Source: Spirochaetaceae bacterium (GTDB lineage Bacteria > Spirochaetota > Spirochaetia > DSM-2461). Taken from it: a DNA stretch of 64,000 nt. The stretch spans positions 654,977-718,976 of the forward strand of contig JAOPTT010000006.1 of NCBI GenBank assembly GCA_051531975.1. The letters run 5' to 3'. Shown here piece after piece: positions 29,266 to 39,596 of the stretch (within the stretch, counting starts at the first letter, position 1; each line of letters starts with the position of its first letter). Below the pieces are notes generated by a model. The model searched no databases. It saw nothing but the letters and a program-made list of their open reading frames with translations, and was not told the DNA's origin. The translations under genes and the position numbers were made by a program.

Positions 29266-29685
29266 TTATTTAACTTTACTAAATAATTTTATAAGTGTTT
29301 CAATTTCTTCCTTAGTAAGATTATTTAGAATTCTATCGATTACTCTCTCTATAGTTATTCTTTCATACCTTGCTATCATCTTTCCCTGATCCGTTAAAAA
29401 TATATTTGATATTCTTCCATCATCAGGAGATTTCTCTCTATATACCATATTTAGGTTGATAAACTTATTTATCATCTCAGATATGGTTGGTTTTGAATTA
29501 TTTGTTAACTCAGCAAGCCGACTGAATGTCATATCATCGTACTTATCTATTATTTTAAGATATTCAATTTGTCTTACTGTAAGTTCACTAGCAGCACATG
29601 TTTTTTTTACATTACAAGCACACTCTGATCTTATATTAGATATACTTTCATAAGCTTCTAGTAATAATTCTCTAGTTTCATTCAA
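29266..29685 (-). CDS. MarR family regulator
   Basis: 'LTVRQIEYL', 'SKPTISEMINK', 'DDGRISNIFLTDQG'. Confidence 0.9.
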   Translation of the reverse strand: MNETRELLLEAYESISNIRSECACNVKKTCAASELTVRQIEYLKIIDKYDDMTFSRLAELTNNSKPTISEMINKFINLNMVYREKSPDDGRISNIFLTDQGKMIARYERITIERVIDRILNNLTKEEIETLIKLFSKVK

Positions 29686-29699
29686 TTTACAATCCTTAT

Positions 29700-29716
29700 G
29701 GTTAGGCCTAACCTAA
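29700..29716. promoter_or_regulatory. Putative MarR autoregulatory operator
   Basis: Perfect palindrome GGTTAGGCCTAACC at 29700-29713. Confidence 0.55.
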
Positions 29717-29945
29717 TTATATATAAATATCTGAATATTTAAAAGGTATGTATTTTTTTATTCAACGTCAACAAAAATTGTAAAAAAAATTAAAAAGCAG
29801 CAATACTTCTAATATTAGTATTGAATACTGGGGTAATTCAGGGAATACAGGATTTGAAATGGACTGATTAGAGCCTATAATAAAATTAAGATATATTTGC
29901 ACTCCTATTAATATTCTTTTATAATTAATAATAGGAAGTAACCCT

Positions 29946-32078
29946 ATGAAAACTGATACCTACACAGTACTACCACGAGGTGGATATATAATTGATACGG
30001 AACTTGGCTATATTCAATTTGGAGCTCCACCTGAAACAATTAAAGATACTATGATGATGCCAAAAGGTGTTCCAAATATCTTTGTCATTTTGGATAAGAT
30101 GTTTGACCCAGACAAAGGAATTAGTCTAGCAGAAATAGAGTTCCCTATATATTTTAATTATTTCATTTTACAAAGAAAGACAATTATTATTTGCAAGAAA
30201 GATCAAGTCTCACGATTAAAGGAAGTACTTCAAGAGGCTCTTTTTGGTCCTAAAATAATTAATTTAAATATCGATTATGATTTAGAATATAAAGATATGT
30301 CAGTACCAGATATAGAAAAAGAGATGAGTCACTTTCGAAATAATCTTAAATTCTCTGATGTCGTTACTGTTGGATTAATTAAAAATGATTCCTGTACTAT
30401 AGGCAATGTAACTATAAAAAATATGAAAAAAGGATTCCTTGAGGTAAGTGAAAAAGGAAAACTTCTTGCAAAGATTCCTGATGAAATTCAGTATAAACCA
30501 TCTATTTCTATTGGAGAGAGACTACCAGAGCCCTATGAACCTGATTTATTTAGTATAACCTGTCTAGGTCCGAGTCATGGATTTGATCCTAAAGAGAATA
30601 CATCAGGTTATATTATTTGGTTAAATCATCATGGGATAATGGTTGATCCACCTGTAAATTCGACAGAATGGTTAAGGGATTCCAATGTTAATCCTCAATT
30701 AATTGACAGTATTATTTTGACCCACTGTCACGCTGATCATGATGCAGGAACATTTCAAAAAATTATCGAAGAGAAAAGAATAACAATTTATTCTACTGAA
30801 ACAGTGATAATGAGTTTTGTACGAAAGTATGCAGCTCTTTCAGGAATGGATGTTTCATATCTAAAAAAACTTTTTACTTTCCATCCAATAAAGATAGGGA
30901 AACCAGTATTTATTCACGGTGGGAATTTCGAGATGTTTTATACATTACATTCCATACCCACTCTTGGTTTTAAAATGAAATTCCAAGATCAAACATTTGT
31001 ATATTCATCTGATCATAATAACGATCCTGAGGTTCATAAAGATCTTTTTGAAAGGGGAATTATCTCTAAAGAGCGTTATGATGAATTTTCCAGTTTCCCC
31101 TGGGATTATAAAGTTATCTACCATGAATCAGGAGTCCCTCCTCTTCATACCCCAATAAATTATCTTGACTCCCTACCAGAGGAAGTAAAAAAAAGGATTG
31201 TAGTTTATCATATCGCTAAAAAAGATTTTCCTGACGATAGCTCGCTATCTCTTGCAAATTTTGGGATAGAAAATACTCTAGTATTCCCAACAAGTACTCC
31301 TTATTATGAAAAGACTTATAAAGTTTTAAATGTTTTGAACCATATAGATTTTTTCCAGGATATGGAAATAAGTAAAGCCCAGGATTTCATATCCATAGTA
31401 AATGAAGAAAATTTCAAAAAAGGTGACTTAATTATTGAAAAAGGAACCCCTGGTGATAAGTTCTATATAATATATTCCGGAAATGTTTCTATAGTAGGTA
31501 CAGAGTTTAAACAGAAGAAGATATATGGGACTTATGAATATTTTGGAGAAGTTGCCTTAATAACAAAAAAAGTACGTACAGCTAATGTTATGGCAGAGAC
31601 AGATGTAGTTGCATATTCAATAGGAAGAGATGAATTCCTAGATTTTATCGATGGAACAGATTTTAAACAGACTCTTTTAAGGTTAACAAAAATAAGAAGT
31701 GCAGATACATGGAATTTACTCTCAAGCAGTCCATTTTTTAAATATTGCTCATCCTATCAAAAGACATGGCTCGAATCAATTTTTATTCCTATAGAAAAAA
31801 CAGGAATAGGAACGCTTCAAAAAGAGAGTGAAAAAATAAAATATATCTATATAATTAAAAGTGGTGAAGTTCTAGTATCAAAAAATGAAAAAAGTATAAC
31901 AACTATTAAACGTGGCGACTTTATTGGAATGATGTCACAAGTTTATAAAAACGAAGCTTCAGATTATACATTCTCATATAACTCTAAAGTTGAGTTATAT
32001 ATGATTAAACGAGATGATATTCTTGCTTTTGTTGAAAAAAACCCAGGACTTTTAATGAAGATTAGATACAATTATTAG
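29946..32078 (+). CDS. Metallo-beta-lactamase-fold hydrolase with two cNMP-binding domains
   Basis: 'LTHCHADHDAG'; 'GDKFYIIYSG...FGEVAL...RTANV'; second degenerate cNMP domain. Confidence 0.85.
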   Translation: MKTDTYTVLPRGGYIIDTELGYIQFGAPPETIKDTMMMPKGVPNIFVILDKMFDPDKGISLAEIEFPIYFNYFILQRKTIIICKKDQVSRLKEVLQEALFGPKIINLNIDYDLEYKDMSVPDIEKEMSHFRNNLKFSDVVTVGLIKNDSCTIGNVTIKNMKKGFLEVSEKGKLLAKIPDEIQYKPSISIGERLPEPYEPDLFSITCLGPSHGFDPKENTSGYIIWLNHHGIMVDPPVNSTEWLRDSNVNPQLIDSIILTHCHADHDAGTFQKIIEEKRITIYSTETVIMSFVRKYAALSGMDVSYLKKLFTFHPIKIGKPVFIHGGNFEMFYTLHSIPTLGFKMKFQDQTFVYSSDHNNDPEVHKDLFERGIISKERYDEFSSFPWDYKVIYHESGVPPLHTPINYLDSLPEEVKKRIVVYHIAKKDFPDDSSLSLANFGIENTLVFPTSTPYYEKTYKVLNVLNHIDFFQDMEISKAQDFISIVNEENFKKGDLIIEKGTPGDKFYIIYSGNVSIVGTEFKQKKIYGTYEYFGEVALITKKVRTANVMAETDVVAYSIGRDEFLDFIDGTDFKQTLLRLTKIRSADTWNLLSSSPFFKYCSSYQKTWLESIFIPIEKTGIGTLQKESEKIKYIYIIKSGEVLVSKNEKSITTIKRGDFIGMMSQVYKNEASDYTFSYNSKVELYMIKRDDILAFVEKNPGLLMKIRYNY

Positions 32079-32197
32079 ATAGAATAGTATATGATCCAAA
32101 GATCTAATTTATTTTGTATTTTAAACCAACTGACTGGGTTGTCTTTGTTGTACGACTTATTCTTATTATCATTTCAGAACTGAATAAAAAATGATCA

Positions 32198-34627
32198 CTA
32201 ATGGTCAAGAATCTCAGCAATAACGTGGCTCAATTCATCGACTTTGAAAGGCTTGCGGATAAATCCATTAAGGCCTTGTACTTTCATTGCATTGAGTTTT
32301 TCATTATTGGTGTATCCTGAAGTAATCACAACTTTGCAGCCACTATTCATTTCTCTCATCGCCATAAAAGCTTCATACCCATTCATTACAGGCATTATCA
32401 TATCCATCAAGATGAGATCGATCTCTAAGTGGTTAATCTTAAAGAGATCGAATGCCTTCTGACCATTCTCTGCAAGCATGACAGTGTAACCCAGTTCCTC
32501 GAGTATAGCCTTGCCTGTGAAGCGAATAAGCTCTTCATCGTCAACAAGGAGTATCATCCCTGAACCCATACGGGAGTTGGTTCGCTTAGGCAAGACCTTT
32601 ACATGTTCACTGGAACAAGGGAGGAGAAGGTGAAATGTTGTACCCACACTGATTTCGCTATAGACCGTGACAGCCCCGTGATGCTCCTTAACTGCGCCAT
32701 AGACGGTTGATAGGCCTAACCCTGTTCCTTTACCTTGTTCTTTTGTAGTAAAAAAGGGATCAAAGATCTTATGTAAATTTTCTTGTGATATTCCTAAACC
32801 ATTATCCATAACTTCTAATTCACAATAATTACCAGGGGTGATATCAAAGGAGCTCATTTCACAATATTTATGGCTCAATTTTTTATTCCGAGTTGATATT
32901 TGTATCTCTCCGCCATTGGGCATAGCATGGCTTGCATTGATGCAAAGATTCAGCAACATATTATTTATGCTTGAATTATCTCCAATAATGATAGAGTTAA
33001 TAGCATACTTTGTAACGATGATCTTGATATTTTTATCTAGGGTACTCGACAAGATCACTTCTGCATCGTCGACTATCTCATTTATATCTATCGCATCATA
33101 AGTGAGATTTCCCTTACGACTAAAAGTGAGAAGCTTCTTGATTAAATCTGATGCTCTACTTGAGGCTTGCATAATCATATCAACATATTTTAACCCACGA
33201 TCATCGAGGTTACGCTTTGGTGATTTCAGAAGAAATGATGAATTAATAATGGCACCTAATATATTGTTAAAGTCGTGAGCTATTCCTCCAGCGAGTTGTC
33301 CGATAGCTTCCATCTTTCGAGTATGATTTAAGCTGGCTTGGCTGGTTTTCAATGCAATCTCTGCCTGCTTTCTATCGGTGATATCAATGATACAAACAGG
33401 AATATTCTTGAAGTCTTCTAAAGTTTCGGGGATCCTTAATGAGATTATTGCAAATATTTTTTTACCATTTATCGTATGAAACACTGCTTCAGAACGAAAT
33501 ACATCCTCTTCGTTCCAAATTGAGCATAACTCATCGATAAAAATGTTGTTAGCATCTGGACCAAAGGTTTTGCTTATATCTTGAATGAAGAGCTCTTTAG
33601 AGCTTGCATCAAAAAGCTTCAATGTCGCATCATTAATCTGGTTCACATTAACTAATTTTATAATTTCCATAAGAATATCCTGATTATCAGTTAGAAATGT
33701 TTTTAGATCATCAACACCCTTCTCCCTTAGTTTATCGAGATATAACTTAACACCACTTAGATCTTCGTTCCATATAGAAATTTCTGCATTTTGGAAAATT
33801 AACTTAAATTGTCTCTCCCTATCCTGAACCTTCCTTATTAAATTTAAGCTCTGTTCATTCAGTTCGTTGATCGTCTCACCAATGGTTTGAAACTCATCCC
33901 CTGTCCTGATGCTGATCCCATCATCTTTAATCTCGACAATACCTTTAATTATAGCCTCTACGGGTTGGGTGATTAAACGTAGGGAGAAAAGAACTACTCC
34001 GACGATTGAGATTAGTAAGATGAGGAGGGATGCGCCGATTCCCTTCTTTATATATGTTTCACCTAACTCTATATTTCTTGTATTTTGAGCATGTATACGT
34101 GCAAAAACAGAGTAAAGAGCTTGGCCATAGGCTAGTATTATCATCTCTTTAGGCTCTATTCGATAGTGAATACGAACTGGTAAAATGAGTTCATCAGTCT
34201 CAGTGAACTGGGTATAGTTATCGATGGAGAATTCTAGTTCATTTGAGATTCTATAATGATCCATTGCTGCTTCGAGTTGCTCTGATGAGAGCAGATCTAA
34301 CATCTGACTAGGAACGCTACTACCCTCTAGCACTTTTCCATGAAAATCAATGATGAATTGAGATTTACCATCAGCTTCTAGGGTTGATAAAATCTCAAAA
34401 GTTGATATATCTCCTTTGATGGATCTTATATCATCAATCTCCTCAAAAAAGATTTGAGCATAGAGATCAGATAATTCTATACCAAACTCTAAAACCTCAC
34501 TCCTAAAGTTATGGTTAAAGTTATCCTCTGTTTGAGTGAGAATATTAAACCATATAGCCAGAAGTGAGATGAGAACTATGATGAAGAAGATAGATAGAAA
34601 GACGCTGATCTTGTATCGAACTTTCAT
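32198..34627 (-). CDS. Hybrid sensor histidine kinase/response regulator
   Basis: 'GGIAHDFNN', 'FFTTKEQGKGTGLGLS', receiver 'LLVDDE...DMIMP'. Confidence 0.92.
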   Translation of the reverse strand: MKVRYKISVFLSIFFIIVLISLLAIWFNILTQTEDNFNHNFRSEVLEFGIELSDLYAQIFFEEIDDIRSIKGDISTFEILSTLEADGKSQFIIDFHGKVLEGSSVPSQMLDLLSSEQLEAAMDHYRISNELEFSIDNYTQFTETDELILPVRIHYRIEPKEMIILAYGQALYSVFARIHAQNTRNIELGETYIKKGIGASLLILLISIVGVVLFSLRLITQPVEAIIKGIVEIKDDGISIRTGDEFQTIGETINELNEQSLNLIRKVQDRERQFKLIFQNAEISIWNEDLSGVKLYLDKLREKGVDDLKTFLTDNQDILMEIIKLVNVNQINDATLKLFDASSKELFIQDISKTFGPDANNIFIDELCSIWNEEDVFRSEAVFHTINGKKIFAIISLRIPETLEDFKNIPVCIIDITDRKQAEIALKTSQASLNHTRKMEAIGQLAGGIAHDFNNILGAIINSSFLLKSPKRNLDDRGLKYVDMIMQASSRASDLIKKLLTFSRKGNLTYDAIDINEIVDDAEVILSSTLDKNIKIIVTKYAINSIIIGDNSSINNMLLNLCINASHAMPNGGEIQISTRNKKLSHKYCEMSSFDITPGNYCELEVMDNGLGISQENLHKIFDPFFTTKEQGKGTGLGLSTVYGAVKEHHGAVTVYSEISVGTTFHLLLPCSSEHVKVLPKRTNSRMGSGMILLVDDEELIRFTGKAILEELGYTVMLAENGQKAFDLFKINHLEIDLILMDMIMPVMNGYEAFMAMREMNSGCKVVITSGYTNNEKLNAMKVQGLNGFIRKPFKVDELSHVIAEILDH

Positions 34628-35629
34628 CTATCTGAGGCCTTGCTCTACATATTCTTCGATCTCAATAATTGTGTTCCGAGACTGAATGGCAGATCCTGTA
34701 TTTATATCCAATCCTGCGAAGCTCCAACGATCTGAAATGACGAGTTGCAGTACCGAAAGATAACCTTGCAAAAAAGGCTGCTGATCTGAGAGTAGATCGA
34801 TGTAACCAGTTTTGAGCTCAGTCATTAATGAGGGAGATAAGCCAAAACCTACAACGTGAATATAGTCGGGGCCAACACCCGCATCTTTTAATCCTTGTAC
34901 GGTGGCGCTAATATTAATATCATCGAAGACCAACTTTGCCTCGGGATGCTCACTCATTAGCTCCCTCAAATGATTTGCTTGCCACTGTATCGCCTCTTCT
35001 TTGTCATCAAATAAAATTTTCTTTTGATTAATAATCTTCAGACCATACTCATTAAAGACTGCGATGGCTGCAAGGGATCTGTTTTCTCTCATTCCACTTA
35101 TACTCGTTGAGAAGAAGATTATCTCATCTCCAGGGATTAATTCAAACTGGACAATTGCCGCTCTGGCTAAATTATGTCCTGATTGATAGAGATCTTCTCC
35201 TGCATAACCAAATCCATGGTTTTTATAGGTCCGTTGGATCTCTGGTAAGGGAACATTCATAGAGGTAACTATTATGCCTTTACGAATCGCTTCATCAATT
35301 AACGTTTTAAAAGCCCCTGTTCCTGGGTGTCCCATAATAGCGATACCATCAGGATTCTTATTGATCGACTCCTTGAACTGAATAAGCATCTTATTTGGCT
35401 CCCAATTAGACCACACCAATTCAATGTTTACATCTAGACTCTCTGCAGCAAAGATTACTCCATTTTCAATTCTTTTAGAAAAGCGACTTTCCTCGGAACC
35501 TCCTAGGAAAACTATATAATTTGAATTGTTTTTAGGTTTAAACTGAATCACATTAAAGGAAAATAGGAAGATAATACCCACGACAATAATTGTAATTATT
35601 ATAATGAACAACATATTAGTTTTTTTCAT
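34628..35629 (-). CDS. Periplasmic sugar-binding (type I) protein
   Basis: 'NPDGIAIMGHPG', 'DQQPFLQGYL'; abuts the kinase gene. Confidence 0.85.
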   Translation of the reverse strand: MKKTNMLFIIIITIIVVGIIFLFSFNVIQFKPKNNSNYIVFLGGSEESRFSKRIENGVIFAAESLDVNIELVWSNWEPNKMLIQFKESINKNPDGIAIMGHPGTGAFKTLIDEAIRKGIIVTSMNVPLPEIQRTYKNHGFGYAGEDLYQSGHNLARAAIVQFELIPGDEIIFFSTSISGMRENRSLAAIAVFNEYGLKIINQKKILFDDKEEAIQWQANHLRELMSEHPEAKLVFDDINISATVQGLKDAGVGPDYIHVVGFGLSPSLMTELKTGYIDLLSDQQPFLQGYLSVLQLVISDRWSFAGLDINTGSAIQSRNTIIEIEEYVEQGLR

Positions 35630-35751
35630 ATTATCAACTCCTGTTAGGATAATTATTTACACCTTTTACAAATATTATAATTCAAATTATTGTTTAATTA
35701 CATTTATTTAATTTTATATTTAAACTATTCTTATTTTATTACCTCAAAATG

Positions 35752-37101
35752 CTAATTAATAATAGCTTCGACTCGGTTCCTTCCTGACTCTTTTGCACGA
35801 TAAAGAGCGTCATCAACTAGTTTAATAAATGCATTGGCTTTTAATCCTTTTTTATACTCACCAACCCCAAAACTTGCAGTTTTTTGTTTTACTTGATCAA
35901 AATTGTGGGACTCTATTTTTGAACGCATATTCTCTGCAAGAATAGTAGCTCCTTCTAAAACAGTATCAGGAAGTACTATTAGAAACTCCTCTCCGCCCCA
36001 ACGACCTACAACATCAATCCGTCGTGAATTCGTTTTTAATAAATTTGCTATTTTTGTAAGCACTTGATCACCAACAGTATGTCCAAAGGTATCATTGACA
36101 TCTTTAAAATAATCGATGTCTACAAGAATTATAGAAAAACTGCTTCCTCTAACTTCCGACTTATAAATTTCATCCTCTATAACAGAGTCTATTCTAAGCC
36201 TATTTGCTAATTTTGTTAGGGCATCAGTTCTTGAAAGAATTTTAAGCTGCTCATTTAGTTCCAATAATTCTGCCTGGTCCTTGGTAAGTTTTTGATTAGA
36301 TTCCTGTAGTTTTCCCATGGTATCTTTCAGTTTTACAGAAATATCAGAAATGGTATCTCCCAAATCGCTGATCTCATCATTATTTTTAATATTAATTTTG
36401 TAGTCAAAATCAAGAGATGCTATTGCTTCAGCCTTTTTTTTAATTTTATATATTGGATTTGTTAGGCCATATGAAATGATAATAGTTAGTAAAAGACCAG
36501 TCAGAAAGGATATGGCAAGAGTGATTAATATTGCCTGGAAAGCAAGTTCTGCCCCTTGTCTAATCATATCTGTAGGTTTTTCTAACATTATATAATAATC
36601 ATCTGAAAAAGCTCCAAGTAGAATTATTAGATCCGTACCAGGTGGAGGAGACCCAGCTTCTGGTCTTGATTCTTCTTTTTGACGTTGTGGTGGGGCCTCA
36701 TTTATATCCATTTTGTGAGCATTATTAAAGATCCTATAATAGTCAAAGGAGTCTAATCCTTTTTTAAGCATAGGGGTTATGTGTCTGAGATGGATTTCAG
36801 GTAAGTCATCCATGTGAGAGAGCGCAGGTGAAGTTGATGCCATTATTTCATATTTACTATTAAAAATAGTAACAAAGCCCCCAAGACCTTTCTCCTTCTG
36901 AAGAATAAACCTAGTGAAGTCTAAATCTGATTTAAAATCTTTAGCGATATAATTGTAATGATTCTCAAGTCTATCCTTAACATCATTAAGAATAATGGAT
37001 GGAAAAAGAAACCTTGAAGCTGCAAGAAATAAAACTCCAGTAAATAGAAGTATAAATGCAGTAACCAAAAATAGTTTAAATCTTATATTTATCCGCGTCA
37101 T
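35752..37101 (-). CDS. Membrane diguanylate cyclase (HAMP-GGDEF)
   Basis: 'TDALTKLANR', 'DIDYFKDVNDTFGH', 'RWGGEEF'. Confidence 0.92.
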   Translation of the reverse strand: MTRINIRFKLFLVTAFILLFTGVLFLAASRFLFPSIILNDVKDRLENHYNYIAKDFKSDLDFTRFILQKEKGLGGFVTIFNSKYEIMASTSPALSHMDDLPEIHLRHITPMLKKGLDSFDYYRIFNNAHKMDINEAPPQRQKEESRPEAGSPPPGTDLIILLGAFSDDYYIMLEKPTDMIRQGAELAFQAILITLAISFLTGLLLTIIISYGLTNPIYKIKKKAEAIASLDFDYKINIKNNDEISDLGDTISDISVKLKDTMGKLQESNQKLTKDQAELLELNEQLKILSRTDALTKLANRLRIDSVIEDEIYKSEVRGSSFSIILVDIDYFKDVNDTFGHTVGDQVLTKIANLLKTNSRRIDVVGRWGGEEFLIVLPDTVLEGATILAENMRSKIESHNFDQVKQKTASFGVGEYKKGLKANAFIKLVDDALYRAKESGRNRVEAIIN

Positions 37102-37391
37102 GTTACTCTCCAAATGTGTTATATAAATTATTAAAGATATATTTATGGTTTGCCAAATGCCTTAACTCAACCACATTACAAATTATTTTATGGCCTTTTA
37201 ATATTATAGTTATCCCACCAGATAGCTATGATATTGTGATTGATCACTTCTAAAAGTATATTTGCAAAACTATAATTATGCCAAAATTATCTATTTTTCA
37301 ATCATATATAATAATAAAATGATTTATTGGCTACTGGTTAATTGAAAATAAAAAATGTTGTATCGAGGTCTTTTATGACTATATTTAATAT

Positions 37392-38096
37392 ATGGATAAC
37401 AATAACGTGTTAATAGTTGAAGATGTGCCTGAAATTGCAAAAATCATCTCAACTAATATTGAAGATCTAGGTTTAAAAACTACTCATATGTCAGATGGTA
37501 AAAGTGGCTTATTAGAAGCTCTAAGTGGTAAATATACACTTATTATACTAGACTTAATGTTACCAAAACTTGATGGTATTTCAATCTGCTCAAAAATTAG
37601 AGAGAATGACAGTTTAACACCAATCTTAATATTAACAGCAAAAGGTGATGAAATAGATAGGATTCTAGGGCTGGAGCTTGGTGCCGATGATTATATGACA
37701 AAACCTTTTAGTGTTAGGGAATTGGTAGCCAGGGTTAAAGCTCTACTTAGACGCTCAAGAACCACTAATAAGTTTGATGAAATGAAAAGTTTAGATGAAA
37801 TAGAAATAAATGATATTAAAGTAGACTTTAAAAATAGAAAAGTTATATTGAGGGGTTTAGAACTGGAACTAACTGTAAAAGAGTTTGATCTATTATCTCT
37901 GTTTATAAAAAATCCTGGTAGGACATTTAGTAGAAAAGATTTATTAGAAAGGATATGGGGTTACCAGTTTGAAGGTTACGAGCATACAGTTAATACTCAT
38001 ATAAATAGACTTAGAAATAAGATTGAGGATGACGCCTCTAATCCCAATTATTTAAAAACTGTTTGGGGTATAGGATATAAATTCAATGATATTTAA
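37392..38096 (+). CDS. OmpR family response regulator
   Basis: 'LDLMLPKLDG', 'GADDYMTKPF', 'TVWGIGYKF'. Confidence 0.95.
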   Translation: MDNNNVLIVEDVPEIAKIISTNIEDLGLKTTHMSDGKSGLLEALSGKYTLIILDLMLPKLDGISICSKIRENDSLTPILILTAKGDEIDRILGLELGADDYMTKPFSVRELVARVKALLRRSRTTNKFDEMKSLDEIEINDIKVDFKNRKVILRGLELELTVKEFDLLSLFIKNPGRTFSRKDLLERIWGYQFEGYEHTVNTHINRLRNKIEDDASNPNYLKTVWGIGYKFNDI

Positions 38097-39519
38097 ATTA
38101 CACTCTTTTTACTCTAAACTATCTTTTATATTTCTAATTTTAATTTTATTCCTTGGAACTGGAATTTTAGTATTTACTTTTTCAGCTTCTGGACGACTGT
38201 TTGATGAGGTTGAGCAGTTATTAAACAAGGAATATGCAGGTAGCATTGCTTTAGAGTTACAACCAATAGTAGAGGATGGATTTTCTGTAGAAAAAATTAA
38301 AGGAGCAATTCACTATATGATGGTTTTAAACCCTATGGTTGAAATTTACCTTCTGGATTCTGATGGTTATATATTGGCATTTTTCACAAGTCCGGGGGAT
38401 AAATTAGTTAGGGATTCTATAAACCTTAAACCGTTAAAACAATTTTTTGGTCCAGATGCACAATTCCCAATATTAGGTGATGATCCAAAATCACTGAATA
38501 ATAAAAAGCCTTTTTCAGCTGCAAACTTAAAAATGGGAATTGACAGTGGATTTGTATATGTTGTTCTTCGGGGAGAGGATTATGACAGATCCATTAAAGG
38601 TATAAGTACAAGTTATTATTTTAAAACAGGTTTAGGTACCGTTCTATTTGCTATATTAATAACCCTTATTCTTGGTTTAATTCTATTTTTTTTATTAACA
38701 AAAAGGTTACGTATATTAAATAGTGTGGTTCAAGACTTTAAAAATGGAAATTATAAATCACGTATAAATATAAAAGGTACAGATGAATTGAGTTTTCTTG
38801 GTTTGGCATTTAATGATATGGCACAATCTATAGAGAATAATGCTCAGGAAAAAAGTGACTTAATTACCAATATTTCCCATGATTTACGAAGTCCACTAAC
38901 TTCAATTAGAGGGCATTTAGAGACTATTATCTTAAAAGATAAAAAATTGACTGATGATGAGAGACTGGATTACCTTAATATAAGTCTAAAAAATATATCC
39001 AATTTCCAGGGATTGGTAGATAAACTGTTTGAACTTGCAAAACTTGAAAATAATCAGATAAAATTAAACCCAGAAATATTTTCAATTGCCGAATTAACCC
39101 AGGATGTTATAATGAAATTACAGCCAGCTGCAGAACATTCAACTATAAAACTAAAGTTGATTAAACCTGATGATTTACTTGTTATATCAGGTGATATTGG
39201 AATGATAGAGAGAGTTTTGTCCAATATTGTCGAGAATGCTCTTATTTACACTCCTACTAAAGGGATAGTAGAATTAAGTTTAATTAAAAATTATGAAAAT
39301 ATAGATATAAGGATAAGTGATACCGGATCTGGAATAGATAAAAAGGATCTTCCTAAAATATTTGATCGGTTTTATAGAGGTACAGACAATAAAACTATTG
39401 GAACAGGCCTTGGTCTCGCAATTGTAAAAAAAATAATAACTCTACATGGAGGAAATATAACTGTGGAGAGTGTAAAAGATAGAGGAACAACTTTTATAAT
39501 TTCTCTCCCACTTAAATAA
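38086..39519 (+). CDS. HAMP sensor histidine kinase
   Basis: 'SHDLRSPLTSI', 'DTGSGI', 'GTGLGLAI'. Confidence 0.95.
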   Translation: MIFKLHSFYSKLSFIFLILILFLGTGILVFTFSASGRLFDEVEQLLNKEYAGSIALELQPIVEDGFSVEKIKGAIHYMMVLNPMVEIYLLDSDGYILAFFTSPGDKLVRDSINLKPLKQFFGPDAQFPILGDDPKSLNNKKPFSAANLKMGIDSGFVYVVLRGEDYDRSIKGISTSYYFKTGLGTVLFAILITLILGLILFFLLTKRLRILNSVVQDFKNGNYKSRINIKGTDELSFLGLAFNDMAQSIENNAQEKSDLITNISHDLRSPLTSIRGHLETIILKDKKLTDDERLDYLNISLKNISNFQGLVDKLFELAKLENNQIKLNPEIFSIAELTQDVIMKLQPAAEHSTIKLKLIKPDDLLVISGDIGMIERVLSNIVENALIYTPTKGIVELSLIKNYENIDIRISDTGSGIDKKDLPKIFDRFYRGTDNKTIGTGLGLAIVKKIITLHGGNITVESVKDRGTTFIISLPLK

Positions 39520-39539
39520 AGTTTATCTATTGTTTTTAG

Positions 39540-39558
39540 TTTTGTGATACTTTTGTGA
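39540..39558 (+). promoter_or_regulatory. Putative OmpR-type binding site upstream of dipZ
   Basis: TTTTGTGA direct repeat with 11-bp period (39540, 39551). Confidence 0.5.
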
Positions 39559-39596
39559 CATTTGATGTGTAAACTATTATTAAATGGAGGCAGGAT

